64,000 nucleotides of DNA from Candidatus Poribacteria bacterium (GCA_965198175.1 OZ240245.1:2944001-3008000); one strand, 5' to 3'. Counted from the first letter of the stretch, positions 28,732 to 39,420 are shown. Numbers and translations: made by a program. Notes: generated by a model not told the origin, from the sequence alone.

Positions 28732-31674
28732 ATGGAAATTAAGCGAACTAGATTGACCAAATTGACTCAATTGCTGATAGCACACTGCATGTTTAGCGTT
28801 GCACGTTGCGTGTTGCGCATCACGGCTCCTTCACCGATGCTTTTATTTTTCTTCTTCTGTCTGTTTGCTTTTCTTTCTATCTCCCAAAACAGTTGGACGC
28901 AGGGATTTGGCAAAAATAAAGTCACCGATGAACCCTTCGACTGGAAAATTCACCGGACCGAGCATTTTGATATTCATTACTACCCTAGCGAAGAACGGCT
29001 TGTTCCAATTATGGCGGATATAGCGGAAGAAGCCTATGAAAAGCATAGCGAGGATTTTGACCACGAAATCAAAGATCGCACCCCGCTTATCCTATATCAA
29101 TCCCACAAAGATTTTCAAGAGACTAATATTATTCTGCAGGAGATTCACGAAGGCATTGGTGGATTTGCAGAGATTTTCAAACGCCGCATGGTGATTCCCT
29201 TCACCGGCTCAATGGAGGCGTTTCGAGAAGTCATCTTTCACGAATTGGTTCATATCTTTCAGTACGATATCATCTATCAGAAACCCGTTGCTCACATCTA
29301 TAGCGGTGAATTCCTTTACTCACCCCCCATTTGGTTTATTGAAGGATCAGCAGACTACTTTGGTGAAGACAACGATACCATCGGAGAAATGGTCTTAAGG
29401 GATGCAAGCATCGCCAATTTCATCGTCCCATTGACCCGCCTTCAAGATTTTCGTGTTCTTGGTCCACACGTCTTTCTTGGGTATAAGATGGGTCAATCCG
29501 CGGTCGATTACTTGGTGGAAACTTATGGGCGAGACAAAGTGGGGCAGATCATGCATGAGTTGAGACACATCCGAACAAAAGACCTCGACATAGCCTTCAA
29601 AAATGTGCTTGGAATAGGCCTCGAAGAGTTCGATAAAAGTTGGCGTCGGGTGATACAGAAGAAATATTGGCCCATGGTTGAGCATAAGGATACGCCGGAT
29701 ACCATTGCCAAGAACCTGACTGAAGAATCCCGATATTCCAGTAACGTCAAGCCGGTTTGGTCCCCCAGTGGAGACATTATCGCCTACATCACAGGCAGTG
29801 ACGGATTTGGGGAAATTGTCCTCATGTCTGCAAAGACCGGGAAAAGACTCGACCGAATCAGCAAACGTTTCTTTGGGAGCAAATATGAAGATCTCCGCAT
29901 GGAGGGCAGTGGGATTGCCTGGTCGCCTGATGGCGATTGCATTTTGTGCATTGCTAAGCATCACGGAACAGACTATTTGCTGGAAATTGATATTATCACT
30001 AAAAAGCTAAAACGTCGCCTCAAACTCGACTTCGATGCAGCTTATTCACCAAGCTATGATGGAACTGGCGACCGCATCGTTTGTGCTGCATTAAACGACG
30101 GACAAGCAGATTTATATGTCATTGAGCTAGTAACCGGGGAAATTACTCGATTGACTAACGATCCCTTCAATGACAACCATCCATCATGGCACCCAACGAA
30201 GGAAGAAGTCATCTATTCTTCGGAACGCGAAGGCAAGAACAAGTTAATCATCATTGATGTGAGCGGTCGCAGCCAGCGCCAGTTGACTTACGGCGAACAC
30301 AACGCCGTGAGTCCGAACTGGGCACCTGATGCGGAGAAACTAATCTTCTGCTCAGACCTGCACGGTGTCTATGATCTGCACACAATTAAGCCCGATGGAA
30401 CGGAACTCACGCGATTGACAAGTATTATCACAGGTTGTTTCAATCCCAGCCTTGACCCCGATCAGAAACGTATTGTCTTTACAGCGTACCAAAACGGCAG
30501 ACAGGATATATACCTCATGGATGTGGCGAAGGCAATGAATGAAAAGATTGACATGCCGCCTTTGGATGTCCAGCCGATTGTTGCGGAGTCTTCCACCCCA
30601 TCTCCCCGCCGGATTGGTCGCCGAAAGTACGATACCAACATCTCCTTAGACGCTATTTTTACGAACTTTAACATGGGCGCCGACGGTCTTTTGCGCAACA
30701 CGACAGAGTTCATCGCAAGCGATATGATGGGCAATCATCGCTTGGGAGCAAGTTTGATAAATCAGTCAGGCTTCCTCGCGCCGGATTTCATCCTACGATA
30801 CGGCTTTCTCGCACGTCGTAGCGATATTGGTGCAGCCCTTTTCAACTACCATGAATATCACCTTTTGGGCACGACACGCGATCGCCGCGGCATTTTACAA
30901 CGCACGACGGGCTTAATGGGATTCATGAGCTATCCCTTCAATCGCTATCGTCGTATGGACATGCACATCTTAATGTATTCCACTCCGTTCTCCTTCAATT
31001 TTGAGCCAGACTCGGCGCGTAGACTTGACGATAATCGAGCCATCCTCTTTCTCGGATCACTTTCTCTCGTCGGCGACTCCACAATGTGGAAAGTGTTTGG
31101 TCCCCATTCGGGCACCCGCTATAAACTTACCTTTGAGAAGTCGTTCCGGGCGTTAGGAAGCGAACTTCAACTGACGAATCTCATCTTCGACGCGCGCCGC
31201 TATTTTAAGCTTGGCAGACGTTCAACATTCGCAACTCGTTTGCTTTTGGCGGGCAGTTTTGGCCCAGATAATTCCCTCTTTTATCTCGGCGGCATTGATA
31301 CGCTCAGAGGATATCGTTATCAGGACCTAATCGGTACACGCATGGGGTTACTGAACTTCGAAATACGGATTCCATTCATTGACGAGTTGCGGTTTGGTTG
31401 GCCCTTCCCTTGGGCAATTGGTGGGATTCGTGGGATTGTCTTCTCTGACTTTGGCACGGTTTGGTCGGAGGCGCTACACCGTGACAACCCATACAACGTC
31501 TTCCATAAAGAAAAAAAACGCTACCGCCTTGATGATGTCAAAGCTTCAATTGGCATTGGACTCCGATTACAACTTGGATTCTTCTCTCTTGATTTTGATG
31601 TGGCACGTCGAACAGACCTCGCTGAGGTAGATCCGGACACAATGTTCCACTTCGGGCTAAGCCAAGCGTTTTAG
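28732..31674 (+). CDS. Outer-membrane protein: HEXXH peptidase-like domain, PD40/TolB propeller and Omp85 barrel
   Basis: HELVHIFQ, P.WF.EG.A.Y, repeated PxWSPxG, LGG..TLRGY, terminal F.LSQAF. Confidence 0.85.
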   Translation: MEIKRTRLTKLTQLLIAHCMFSVARCVLRITAPSPMLLFFFFCLFAFLSISQNSWTQGFGKNKVTDEPFDWKIHRTEHFDIHYYPSEERLVPIMADIAEEAYEKHSEDFDHEIKDRTPLILYQSHKDFQETNIILQEIHEGIGGFAEIFKRRMVIPFTGSMEAFREVIFHELVHIFQYDIIYQKPVAHIYSGEFLYSPPIWFIEGSADYFGEDNDTIGEMVLRDASIANFIVPLTRLQDFRVLGPHVFLGYKMGQSAVDYLVETYGRDKVGQIMHELRHIRTKDLDIAFKNVLGIGLEEFDKSWRRVIQKKYWPMVEHKDTPDTIAKNLTEESRYSSNVKPVWSPSGDIIAYITGSDGFGEIVLMSAKTGKRLDRISKRFFGSKYEDLRMEGSGIAWSPDGDCILCIAKHHGTDYLLEIDIITKKLKRRLKLDFDAAYSPSYDGTGDRIVCAALNDGQADLYVIELVTGEITRLTNDPFNDNHPSWHPTKEEVIYSSEREGKNKLIIIDVSGRSQRQLTYGEHNAVSPNWAPDAEKLIFCSDLHGVYDLHTIKPDGTELTRLTSIITGCFNPSLDPDQKRIVFTAYQNGRQDIYLMDVAKAMNEKIDMPPLDVQPIVAESSTPSPRRIGRRKYDTNISLDAIFTNFNMGADGLLRNTTEFIASDMMGNHRLGASLINQSGFLAPDFILRYGFLARRSDIGAALFNYHEYHLLGTTRDRRGILQRTTGLMGFMSYPFNRYRRMDMHILMYSTPFSFNFEPDSARRLDDNRAILFLGSLSLVGDSTMWKVFGPHSGTRYKLTFEKSFRALGSELQLTNLIFDARRYFKLGRRSTFATRLLLAGSFGPDNSLFYLGGIDTLRGYRYQDLIGTRMGLLNFEIRIPFIDELRFGWPFPWAIGGIRGIVFSDFGTVWSEALHRDNPYNVFHKEKKRYRLDDVKASIGIGLRLQLGFFSLDFDVARRTDLAEVDPDTMFHFGLSQAF

Positions 31675-31811
31675 ATTTTGGCTGCTGTACTGGTTTAGAC
31701 TTCATCTTCTCTTCGAAGACTCGAAAGGTTTACAAGCCCTTCGAGCCTCCAAGGGGAAATTACATTGCGAATTCACAAATCGCATTAGCCACTAATTGAA
31801 AGTAGGTAAAC

Positions 31812-34800
31812 ATGCAATCACGTTTAACACGACTCATTATTCTCGCCGCTGTATTAGCGGTCATCGCCGGACTCATTGCAATTTTCGTCAATATTTACCC
31901 CAATCTCCTTTGGTTTGATATGGTCGGCTACGTTTCAGTCTATACACAGATTTTATTGACGAAAGTTGCATTGGGTGTCGCTGTCGGCGGTTTCTTTCTC
32001 GTTATCCTCCTCGTCAACCTCTATCTAATTTGGCGTTTCACACCCTCTCAGCTAAGCCCAACCCTTATTGAATCTATCCCAATTAGCGGCGAATTCGATT
32101 TCGATCTCCGCAAAATGGTCTACGTAGTATTGGCACTTCTCGCTATTGCGTTTAGCGCACTTATGGGATATTCAGCGACGGATCGCTGGGAAATCGCCCT
32201 TCGCTATTTCAATGCAGACGAACTCCCCTTCGAATCGGCGACCTCCCTAAGCGAAACTGCCGAACATGGCACCTCAGAAGTTTTTATCTCTCAGTTGGAT
32301 GTCGACGCTAAGGGACTTCAAGTGGGCGATAAGGTTGTCATTGAGCAGGAGAATCAAAGCCACGAAGCAAGTGTTGTTTCGATAAATAGTGCCAGCGATG
32401 GTCTAACCAAGATTACGTTGAGTCACCCCCTCGAATTCAGCACGACGGAAAAAGCCGTTTTAATCGCGCCATCCCGCGATCCAATCTTTGATAAAAACGC
32501 CAGTTATTACGTTTTCAGAATGCCGTTTGCACGCTTTATTTGCGGCAACTTAGTTGGGCTGTTTCTGCTGCTGACACTTTTTTCGGCTGTACTCTACTTC
32601 TTTCACGGCTCGCTGATTAGTGAGAAAAACCGCTTTGAGCCCCAGCAGCGCGTTAAGACACACCTTTTTGTGCTGATCGGGTTGACACTCCTGTTTCGCG
32701 CTTGGAACTACCGCTTTATAATGTACGACCTTCTATACGCTACGAACGATGTTGTCCGTGGCGGCGGTGGGTATGCGGCGATACAAGCGCGCCTGATTGT
32801 GCTGAAGATATTGCTGGTGCTCTCAGTCATCTGCGCATTGGTGTTCCTAATCAGCATTTTTTTGCGCCGAATCTCGCCCGCTGTCGGAGGCGTTGTAATC
32901 CTTCTAATCGTTGGATTCTTTGGACAGGTTTACCCCAGTCTCGTCCAACGGTTGAAGGTTGAGCCCAATAAGCAGGACCTTGAAGCTAAATACATTAACT
33001 ATAACATAAAGGCAACCCTGCATGCGTATGACCTTGAAGATAACACCGTGACAGAAGAAGAGTATCCCTTGACAGGCGAATTGTCCTACGAGGAGATTAC
33101 GAATCAGGAAAATACCGCAGTCATTAACAGCGTTCGGCTTTGGGATTGGCGCCCTCTCCGGCGCACGTTCCGCCAATTACAAGAGTTGCGCCGTCAGTAT
33201 GATTTTGCCGACGTAGACGTAGATCGCTACCCAATGGGAAACGGCGAACCGCGTCAGGTGATGCTTTCTACGCGTGAACTGGATTTGAACGAACTTCGGC
33301 GTGAAGATTGGTATAAGCGGACCTACGTCTATACCCACGGCTATGGCGCCGTGATGAGTCCCGTCAATGAGATTGTTGATGGAAAACCCAGGATGTACAT
33401 CAAGAATATTCCAGTCAATTACGCAACCGAATGGACGGAATATCTGTTTGATGAGGCGCCAGGACCACGTATCTACTACGGAGAACTTACACCGAATTAC
33501 GTTATTATCCATCCAGACCGCAATGAAAAACTGGAGTTTGATTACCCTGAGCCCGGACAGAGCTATGCCAAATATTCGTACACTGGGCAGGGAGGAGTCA
33601 AACTCTCCTCCTTCTTGCGCCGGTTCGTATACATGCTGAAATTTAGCAACGAACTGAAGTTCATCTTACCTGGAGCAATTTCAACTACAAGTCGAGTGCT
33701 CTACCATCGGAATATCCAAGAGCGTGTTCAAAAAATCGCACCTTTCCTGCGGTACGATAAAGATCCTTATGCAGTCATACACGACGGCAAGCTTATCTGG
33801 ATGATTGACGCCTACACGATAACGAGACGCTACCCTTACTCCGCGCCAATGCCAGATGTAATGCGGGCGACAATTGAAGAGCGGCAGGGAAGACTCGCAG
33901 CAAGCCGTATCGTGGGCGGTGAACAACCGTGGGACGGAAACTATATTCGCAATGCCGTTAAAGTGACGGTTGATGCCTATGATGGCACTGTGAATTTCTA
34001 TTTGATGGATCGCGAAAACGATCCCATTGTCGAATGCTACAGCCGTATGTTTCCGAATCTCTTCAAATCATTCGACGCCATGCCTGACAATCTCAAAGGG
34101 CACATCCGCTATCCGACCACCATGTTCCTCATTCAAGCGCGGATGTATCAAGAGTATCACATGAAGGATTCAACCACGTTCTACGCCAAAGAGGACCCGT
34201 GGGAGATCGGTAAAGAAGTTTACGATACAACTGAACGACCGCGTACTCAGCCGGTGACTCCTCCCAGTCCCTTCGCTGCCCAACAAGCGGGTCTACAGCC
34301 GCTGATATCAAATGAGCAAGAAGTTGCACCTTATTACGTTGTCATCAAACTACCGGGCGAAGAACAAGCGGAATTCATGCTCATGCTGCCTTTCACACCA
34401 AAGAGTAAGTTGAATCTCACCGCTTGGCTTGCCGCAAGATGCGATCTGCCGCAATACGGTCAACTGCTGGTTTATCGCTTTCCGAAGGGAAAACTTGCAC
34501 CGGGACCAATGCAGGTCGAGAATTTCATTACCCAGAAGCCTGAAATCTCCGAACAGATCAGCCTATGGAATAGGGAAGGATCCCGCGTGTTGCGTGGAAA
34601 CTTGTTAATTATCCCGATGAACAACGCCCTATTGTATGTTGAGCCAATCTACATTCAATCGGAGAATGAGGATTCGGCAATCCCTGAACTGCGTCGTGTC
34701 GTCATCGGCTACAAAGAAAACGTCGTCTGGGGCGCAAGTTTTGACGAAGCGTTGGTCAAGATGTTTGGGCGATCCGTGGCAACCCGCTCGCCCGTAGCCG

Positions 34801-35033
34801 TTCAGAGTGATGCACGCAGTTCGACGCTCGAAACTGCCGAGCAGAGCAGAGACGAAGCGGACGTACCCGCCCAAACCTCGCATCAAGTCTCAATTTCGGA
34901 GTTGGCAAAAGATGCAAACCACTATTTTGAACAAGCGGAAGCAGCAAGACAGACGGGCGACTGGGCTGAATACGGACGCTATCACAATCTGCTGGAGCAA
35001 AGCTTGAAACAGTTGGACGCAAATGCACAGTAG
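31812..35033 (+). CDS. UPF0182 family membrane protein
   Basis: LWF..VGY, DPIF, RLWD, DVDRY, YTHGYG, NYIRN.VK..VDAYDG, RGNLL.IP, LYVEPIY. Confidence 0.95.
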   Translation: MQSRLTRLIILAAVLAVIAGLIAIFVNIYPNLLWFDMVGYVSVYTQILLTKVALGVAVGGFFLVILLVNLYLIWRFTPSQLSPTLIESIPISGEFDFDLRKMVYVVLALLAIAFSALMGYSATDRWEIALRYFNADELPFESATSLSETAEHGTSEVFISQLDVDAKGLQVGDKVVIEQENQSHEASVVSINSASDGLTKITLSHPLEFSTTEKAVLIAPSRDPIFDKNASYYVFRMPFARFICGNLVGLFLLLTLFSAVLYFFHGSLISEKNRFEPQQRVKTHLFVLIGLTLLFRAWNYRFIMYDLLYATNDVVRGGGGYAAIQARLIVLKILLVLSVICALVFLISIFLRRISPAVGGVVILLIVGFFGQVYPSLVQRLKVEPNKQDLEAKYINYNIKATLHAYDLEDNTVTEEEYPLTGELSYEEITNQENTAVINSVRLWDWRPLRRTFRQLQELRRQYDFADVDVDRYPMGNGEPRQVMLSTRELDLNELRREDWYKRTYVYTHGYGAVMSPVNEIVDGKPRMYIKNIPVNYATEWTEYLFDEAPGPRIYYGELTPNYVIIHPDRNEKLEFDYPEPGQSYAKYSYTGQGGVKLSSFLRRFVYMLKFSNELKFILPGAISTTSRVLYHRNIQERVQKIAPFLRYDKDPYAVIHDGKLIWMIDAYTITRRYPYSAPMPDVMRATIEERQGRLAASRIVGGEQPWDGNYIRNAVKVTVDAYDGTVNFYLMDRENDPIVECYSRMFPNLFKSFDAMPDNLKGHIRYPTTMFLIQARMYQEYHMKDSTTFYAKEDPWEIGKEVYDTTERPRTQPVTPPSPFAAQQAGLQPLISNEQEVAPYYVVIKLPGEEQAEFMLMLPFTPKSKLNLTAWLAARCDLPQYGQLLVYRFPKGKLAPGPMQVENFITQKPEISEQISLWNREGSRVLRGNLLIIPMNNALLYVEPIYIQSENEDSAIPELRRVVIGYKENVVWGASFDEALVKMFGRSVATRSPVAVQSDARSSTLETAEQSRDEADVPAQTSHQVSISELAKDANHYFEQAEAARQTGDWAEYGRYHNLLEQSLKQLDANAQ

Positions 35034-35063
35034 CACCTAATACCGAAGATGGAGGTGAATCAA

Positions 35064-35318
35064 ATGGGACTCGACTGGAAACCACGTCACCGTGATTTGA
35101 TCATCGGGGGTATTCCGTGGCTAGCACGGATTACTGATAAAGTACGTGCCAAGTTGAACGGAACAATCGGCGACTACATTTACCCGTGACCAATGGATCA
35201 AGGAGTGTTCCTGGAGGAACACAAGCTTAGTGGTGACGAGTTTATTGAGATGGTAAAAAATAATCCGTCAGATGAGGAGATGATTGCTGCAGTGCGGTCG
35301 CTAACAAATGAATCGTAA
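35064..35318 (+). CDS. DUF5069-like small protein with in-frame UGA (candidate selenoprotein, 84 aa)
   Basis: GGAGGTG RBS; MGLDWKPRHRDLIIGGIPWLARITDKVRAKLNGTIGDYIYP-U-PMDQGVFLEEHKLSGDEFIEMVKNNPSDEEMIAAVRSLTNES*; TGA at 35187-35189; absent from the ORF track. Confidence 0.8.
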
Positions 35319-35366
35319 TGCGCGATACATTCGAAATTCCTACATTACGCCCGTTGGAGATGTCTA

Positions 35367-36434
35367 TTGTTGAATCTGAAAGACTATCGAAATCAGATTG
35401 ATCAAGTTGACGATCAAATCTTGGAGCTCTTGCATCGTCGGGCGGAGATTGCAAAAAAGGTCGGAGACTTCAAAGCGAAAGCAAGAACTGAGAGTGTTTA
35501 CGTTCCACACCGCGAAAAAGAGATTCTGGCTCGCCTGAAAGCCCGGAACCGGGATGGATTTCCTCTTCATGCCCTAGAGACGATTTACACCGAGATTATT
35601 TCGGCTTGCCGTTCCCTGGAAAAGCCATTGTGCGTCGCGTACCTCGGACCCGTTGGTAGTTTTGGACACGCTGCAAGTTTACGTCATTTCGGTGCATCTG
35701 CAGATTTCATCCCGAGAACGCCTCAAACGGATATCTTTATTGAGGTCGAAGCCGGCAGAGCCGACTACGGTGTCGTCGCAATCGAGAATTCGACATATGG
35801 TAGCGTCCGTGATGTTTTAGAGATGTTTCAGCATACGCAATTGCAGATTTGTGCCGAAATCTTCCTCCCAATCGATCACAACTTGCTCTCAAAATCTACC
35901 AAGAATGCAGTCTCTAAAGTTTATTCACACCCTCAGCCTTTCGCACAATGCCGCAAATGGCTACATCAAAACTTGGAAGGCGTTCGACAGATTGAAGTCG
36001 CGAGCACATCTGAGGCTGCACGAGTAGCCGCAGACGAACAGGGTGCGGCCGCAATCGCTAGTAAACTAGCAGCAGAAATTTACCAAGTGCCAATCGAGAG
36101 CGAGTCAATTATGGACGATCCAAGCAATACAACGCGTTTCTTGGTTATTGGACGACAGGCTGCGCAAAGAAGTGGAAACGACCGAACATCTATCCTCTTC
36201 GCCATCAAAGACAAAATTGGCGCACTGTATGAAGTCCTTAGTGTTTTGGAGCGCCATAAAATCAATATGAGCCGTATCGAATCATTGCCCGCTCGAACAA
36301 AAGCTTGGGAGTACGTTTTTTTTGTTGATTTTGATGAACATGCCGAAGTTGAAAACGTCCGAACGGCGCTCGCAGAAATTGTAGAGCTGTGTGTGCTGGT
36401 AAAAATTCTGGGTGCTTATCCGCGTGCATCCTAG
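35367..36434 (+). CDS. pheA: Chorismate mutase/prephenate dehydratase
   Basis: R.QID.VD..IL.LL..R, VAYLGP.GS, ENST.G, SHPQ, NTTRF, IESLP. Confidence 0.96.
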   Translation: MLNLKDYRNQIDQVDDQILELLHRRAEIAKKVGDFKAKARTESVYVPHREKEILARLKARNRDGFPLHALETIYTEIISACRSLEKPLCVAYLGPVGSFGHAASLRHFGASADFIPRTPQTDIFIEVEAGRADYGVVAIENSTYGSVRDVLEMFQHTQLQICAEIFLPIDHNLLSKSTKNAVSKVYSHPQPFAQCRKWLHQNLEGVRQIEVASTSEAARVAADEQGAAAIASKLAAEIYQVPIESESIMDDPSNTTRFLVIGRQAAQRSGNDRTSILFAIKDKIGALYEVLSVLERHKINMSRIESLPARTKAWEYVFFVDFDEHAEVENVRTALAEIVELCVLVKILGAYPRAS

Positions 36435-36470
36435 CGACGTGCAAAATGCCTTTTCGTCCTCGCTCGTGGA

Positions 36471-37523
36471 TTACCTGAACCATATGACAACCGAAATCAG
36501 GTTCACACAACTATGCGTAATTATAGCGGGGATAATTGACTTTGTTCTAACAGATAGCAAGGCAAGGGCGAGCCCCATGACAAACAATGGGATGAAACGA
36601 AGCACAGATCCATGGAGGAGGGCGAACAAGAGAGAACTCAGCAGAAGCCCCTTTTGCTCCCCGAATCGATTGGCTAAAGCGGTGTACATAATCCCCCGGT
36701 ACAACATCTCCTCTCCAACTGGCGTCAGAATAAGTGTGACAAAACCCATAAGGATGACAGACGCATCGCCAAAATGTTCTGGCATGCCGATTGCCTGCCG
36801 CTGCTGTTCCATTTGGATAAGAGATTCTAGTGCCTTGGACGACAAGATACGATTTAATCCCACTATCCCTTGCATTCCGCCTTCTGAGATTAACATCAAA
36901 ATCGGAGCAAGTAGAAAAGGCAAACCAAAAATCCTGAAATCGCCGCTGAATTTCAACCCCACGGCGGCAAGTGGTCTGCGATAACGCATAGTCACGCAGT
37001 GTAGACATAACCAAATCAGAATATTCCCCACAATCAGCTCAATAATCCAAAGGTGAGAGGGTGGAAGGGTCGAAATAAAGGAAGCGATGTCTTGAGGCTG
37101 CGCCAACTTGTCTGGACCCTCCGCAATTCCAATCGCTGTATACAGCGCAAACCGGTGAACCAGTAGAGTAACCAAGATGATGACAATGGAATCCGACGGT
37201 TCGAAATGCCCGTGTAATATCGAAGCCGTTTCTTCAACTGTGTAAGAGCGATTGCAGTACCTGCATTGGCGTGATGTGGCGCGGTTATTCCGGTGACAAT
37301 CGCGGCATGTCCAGATAAGTTCAGGCGCTCGATTCCAAAAATAGAGAGGGAAAAAAGCCTCTGGCACGAGAAGGATGCCCAAAATCCAAAGCATCGATCT
37401 GTCCCGAAGCTTGATATCGTTGTAAACCCACAGTGCCAGACCGCCATGTATCAGCATCAGAACGATAAGTCCGTATATCTCCGACAAATTACACACTCCC
37501 ACCAGTGATTTTGCGTCGTGCAT
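36471..37523 (-). CDS. CPBP (CAAX/Abi) intramembrane glutamic protease with N-terminal zinc ribbon
   Basis: EEMLYRG, FALLH, H...N; CxxC...CxxC. Confidence 0.88.
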   Translation of the reverse strand: MHDAKSLVGVCNLSEIYGLIVLMLIHGGLALWVYNDIKLRDRSMLWILGILLVPEAFFPLYFWNRAPELIWTCRDCHRNNRATSRQCRYCNRSYTVEETASILHGHFEPSDSIVIILVTLLVHRFALYTAIGIAEGPDKLAQPQDIASFISTLPPSHLWIIELIVGNILIWLCLHCVTMRYRRPLAAVGLKFSGDFRIFGLPFLLAPILMLISEGGMQGIVGLNRILSSKALESLIQMEQQRQAIGMPEHFGDASVILMGFVTLILTPVGEEMLYRGIMYTALANRFGEQKGLLLSSLLFALLHGSVLRFIPLFVMGLALALLSVRTKSIIPAIITHSCVNLISVVIWFR

Positions 37524-37810
37524 AGTAACACATTCAAATCTTGCTTGTCAACTGCTTCTACTTTTCCGATTGTCCAATTTCTCCCTTACTATCTTCTAAT
37601 TACCTCCTCGACCTTCGGTTGCATGACGCATACCGTTTTTAGTTGTGATAGCAGTCGTCAATCAACCAAATTCGGACACTTGTATGGGGACGATTCCATT
37701 GTGCAGTGAGTAACCGCGCTCAATCAAAATTGACCTCCTGCAAAGAGGCGTTGATGAGACAGGCTTGACTAACAATCTACCTTGAGCGACCTTTCCAAGA
37801 TAGGGCTATT

Positions 37811-38941
37811 ATGTGTATGAGTTCGACAGAACCAATTAAAGATTGCGCTCATAAACTCGGGTTCGATCTTGTGGGTATAACACCGGCTGAACCCAGTCAG
37901 ACAATTGATCGCTATGAGAGATGGTTGGAGAGCGGCTACGGCGGGGAAATGCGTTATCTCGAAAGACATTCGCCGCTTAAACGGGATGTCCGGAATCTTC
38001 TCTCTGAAGCCAAATCAATCATCACGTTAGGGGTCAATTACTATACGGTCGAGCCGCCTGCATCGCTCCCCGTCAATCCATCGCGGGGGCAAATCTCCCG
38101 ATATGCTTGGGGAACGGATTACCACGACATTATCTACAATAAATTGCGTCGGTTGGCTCAGTTTATAAAAGAGCATGCACAGAAACAGGTCAAAAGCAAA
38201 GTGTATGTCGATACGGGGCCCATTCTTGAGCGTGAATACGCTCAGAAGGCGGGAATCGGTTGGATCGGCAAGAACACCAACCTGATTAACTGGCAATCGG
38301 GTTCCTGGTACTTTCTCGCGGAACTGCTTGTCAGCGTCAAATTGGACTACGATTTCCTGCCCCCGCGCGGCAGTTGCGGCACATGTACACTTTGCATAGA
38401 GGCATGTCCAACGGACGCGATTATTGCCCCAAACCTTCTCGATTCCCGGCTGTGCATCTCCTACCTCACCATCGAGTTGAAAAGCAGCATCCCACGAGAA
38501 CTTCGCCCGCAAATGGGCAATCTTATCTTCGGCTGCGATATCTGCCAAGAAGTCTGTCCTTGGAACAGCAATGCAAAACCGACACAGGAACGCGGCTTCT
38601 ACCCGCGCAAGGGAAATCTTGCTCCCAAACTACTTTCGCTGATGAACATGACTCAAGAAGAGTTCAGCAAACGCTTCAAGAACAGCCCAATCAAGCGAGC
38701 CAAGCGGAAGGGATTTTTGCGGAATGTCGCCGTTGCACTCGGAAATTGGAAGAATCAATCGGCGGTGCCTGCGCTCAAAAGGGCACTGAATGACGATGAG
38801 CCATTGGTGCGCGGACATGCAGCTTGGGCACTGGGGCAAATCGGCGGCAGGGCTGCGAAAACAGCATTACAGGCGCAGTCAAAGGTGGAAACGCATCCAG
38901 AGGTCATCGCTGAAATCAAGGACGCCTTGCGCGAAAAATGA
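37811..38941 (+). CDS. queG: Epoxyqueuosine reductase
   Basis: SRYAWG.DYH, VDTGP..ER, GWIGKN, CG.C..C..ACPT, CISYLTIE, GCDICQEVCPWN, HEAT tail. Confidence 0.97.
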   Translation: MCMSSTEPIKDCAHKLGFDLVGITPAEPSQTIDRYERWLESGYGGEMRYLERHSPLKRDVRNLLSEAKSIITLGVNYYTVEPPASLPVNPSRGQISRYAWGTDYHDIIYNKLRRLAQFIKEHAQKQVKSKVYVDTGPILEREYAQKAGIGWIGKNTNLINWQSGSWYFLAELLVSVKLDYDFLPPRGSCGTCTLCIEACPTDAIIAPNLLDSRLCISYLTIELKSSIPRELRPQMGNLIFGCDICQEVCPWNSNAKPTQERGFYPRKGNLAPKLLSLMNMTQEEFSKRFKNSPIKRAKRKGFLRNVAVALGNWKNQSAVPALKRALNDDEPLVRGHAAWALGQIGGRAAKTALQAQSKVETHPEVIAEIKDALREK

Positions 38942-39038
38942 CTTGCCCTGTCAATGCCAAAAAAACCGCAGGAAGTGGCAATGTGCTTGTACCAGCTCCC
39001 TGCGGTTAGAAGAGGTATTGCGCTTTTCAATAAGATAA

Positions 39039-39110
39039 TGCCGGTGCGGAGAGTTGAACTCCGGACAGCACGATTATGAGTCGTGTGCTCTACCACTGAG
39101 CTACACCGGC
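39039..39110 (-). tRNA. tRNA with CAT anticodon (Ile2-lysidine or elongator Met)
   Basis: Reverse complement GCCGGTGTAGCTCAGTGGTAGAGCACACGACTCATAATCGTG...GTTCAACTCTCCGCACCGGCA folds as a cloverleaf. Confidence 0.92.
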
Positions 39111-39158
39111 ATAAGCGAAAAAAGGGAAACGCGCTCTCTGAGCGCATTTCCCTCATGA

Positions 39159-39233
<75 letters not shown>

Positions 39234-39255
39234 CAAGTTTTGTAAAGGACACGAA

Positions 39256-39340
39256 TGGGCGAGGAGGGATTCGAACCCTCACACCCGTTTATAGGCGATG
39301 GATTTTAAGTCCATTGTGTCTGCCATTCCACCACTCGCCC
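39256..39340 (-). tRNA. tRNA-Leu (TAA)
   Basis: GGGCGAGTGGTGGAATGGCAGACACAATGGACTTAAAATCCAT, long variable arm, GTTCGAATCC. Confidence 0.95.
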
Positions 39341-39390
39341 GCTGGCGCAAGAGCACATAAACTTCAGTTTCCCTGATTCTGCCACACCAT

Positions 39391-39420
39391 ATTGTAATCT
39401 AATATAGCTTGTTTTGTCAA
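39391..39420 (-). promoter_or_regulatory. Sigma70-type promoter of the tRNA operon
   Basis: Minus strand TTGACA-N18-TACAAT just upstream of tRNA-Leu. Confidence 0.6.
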
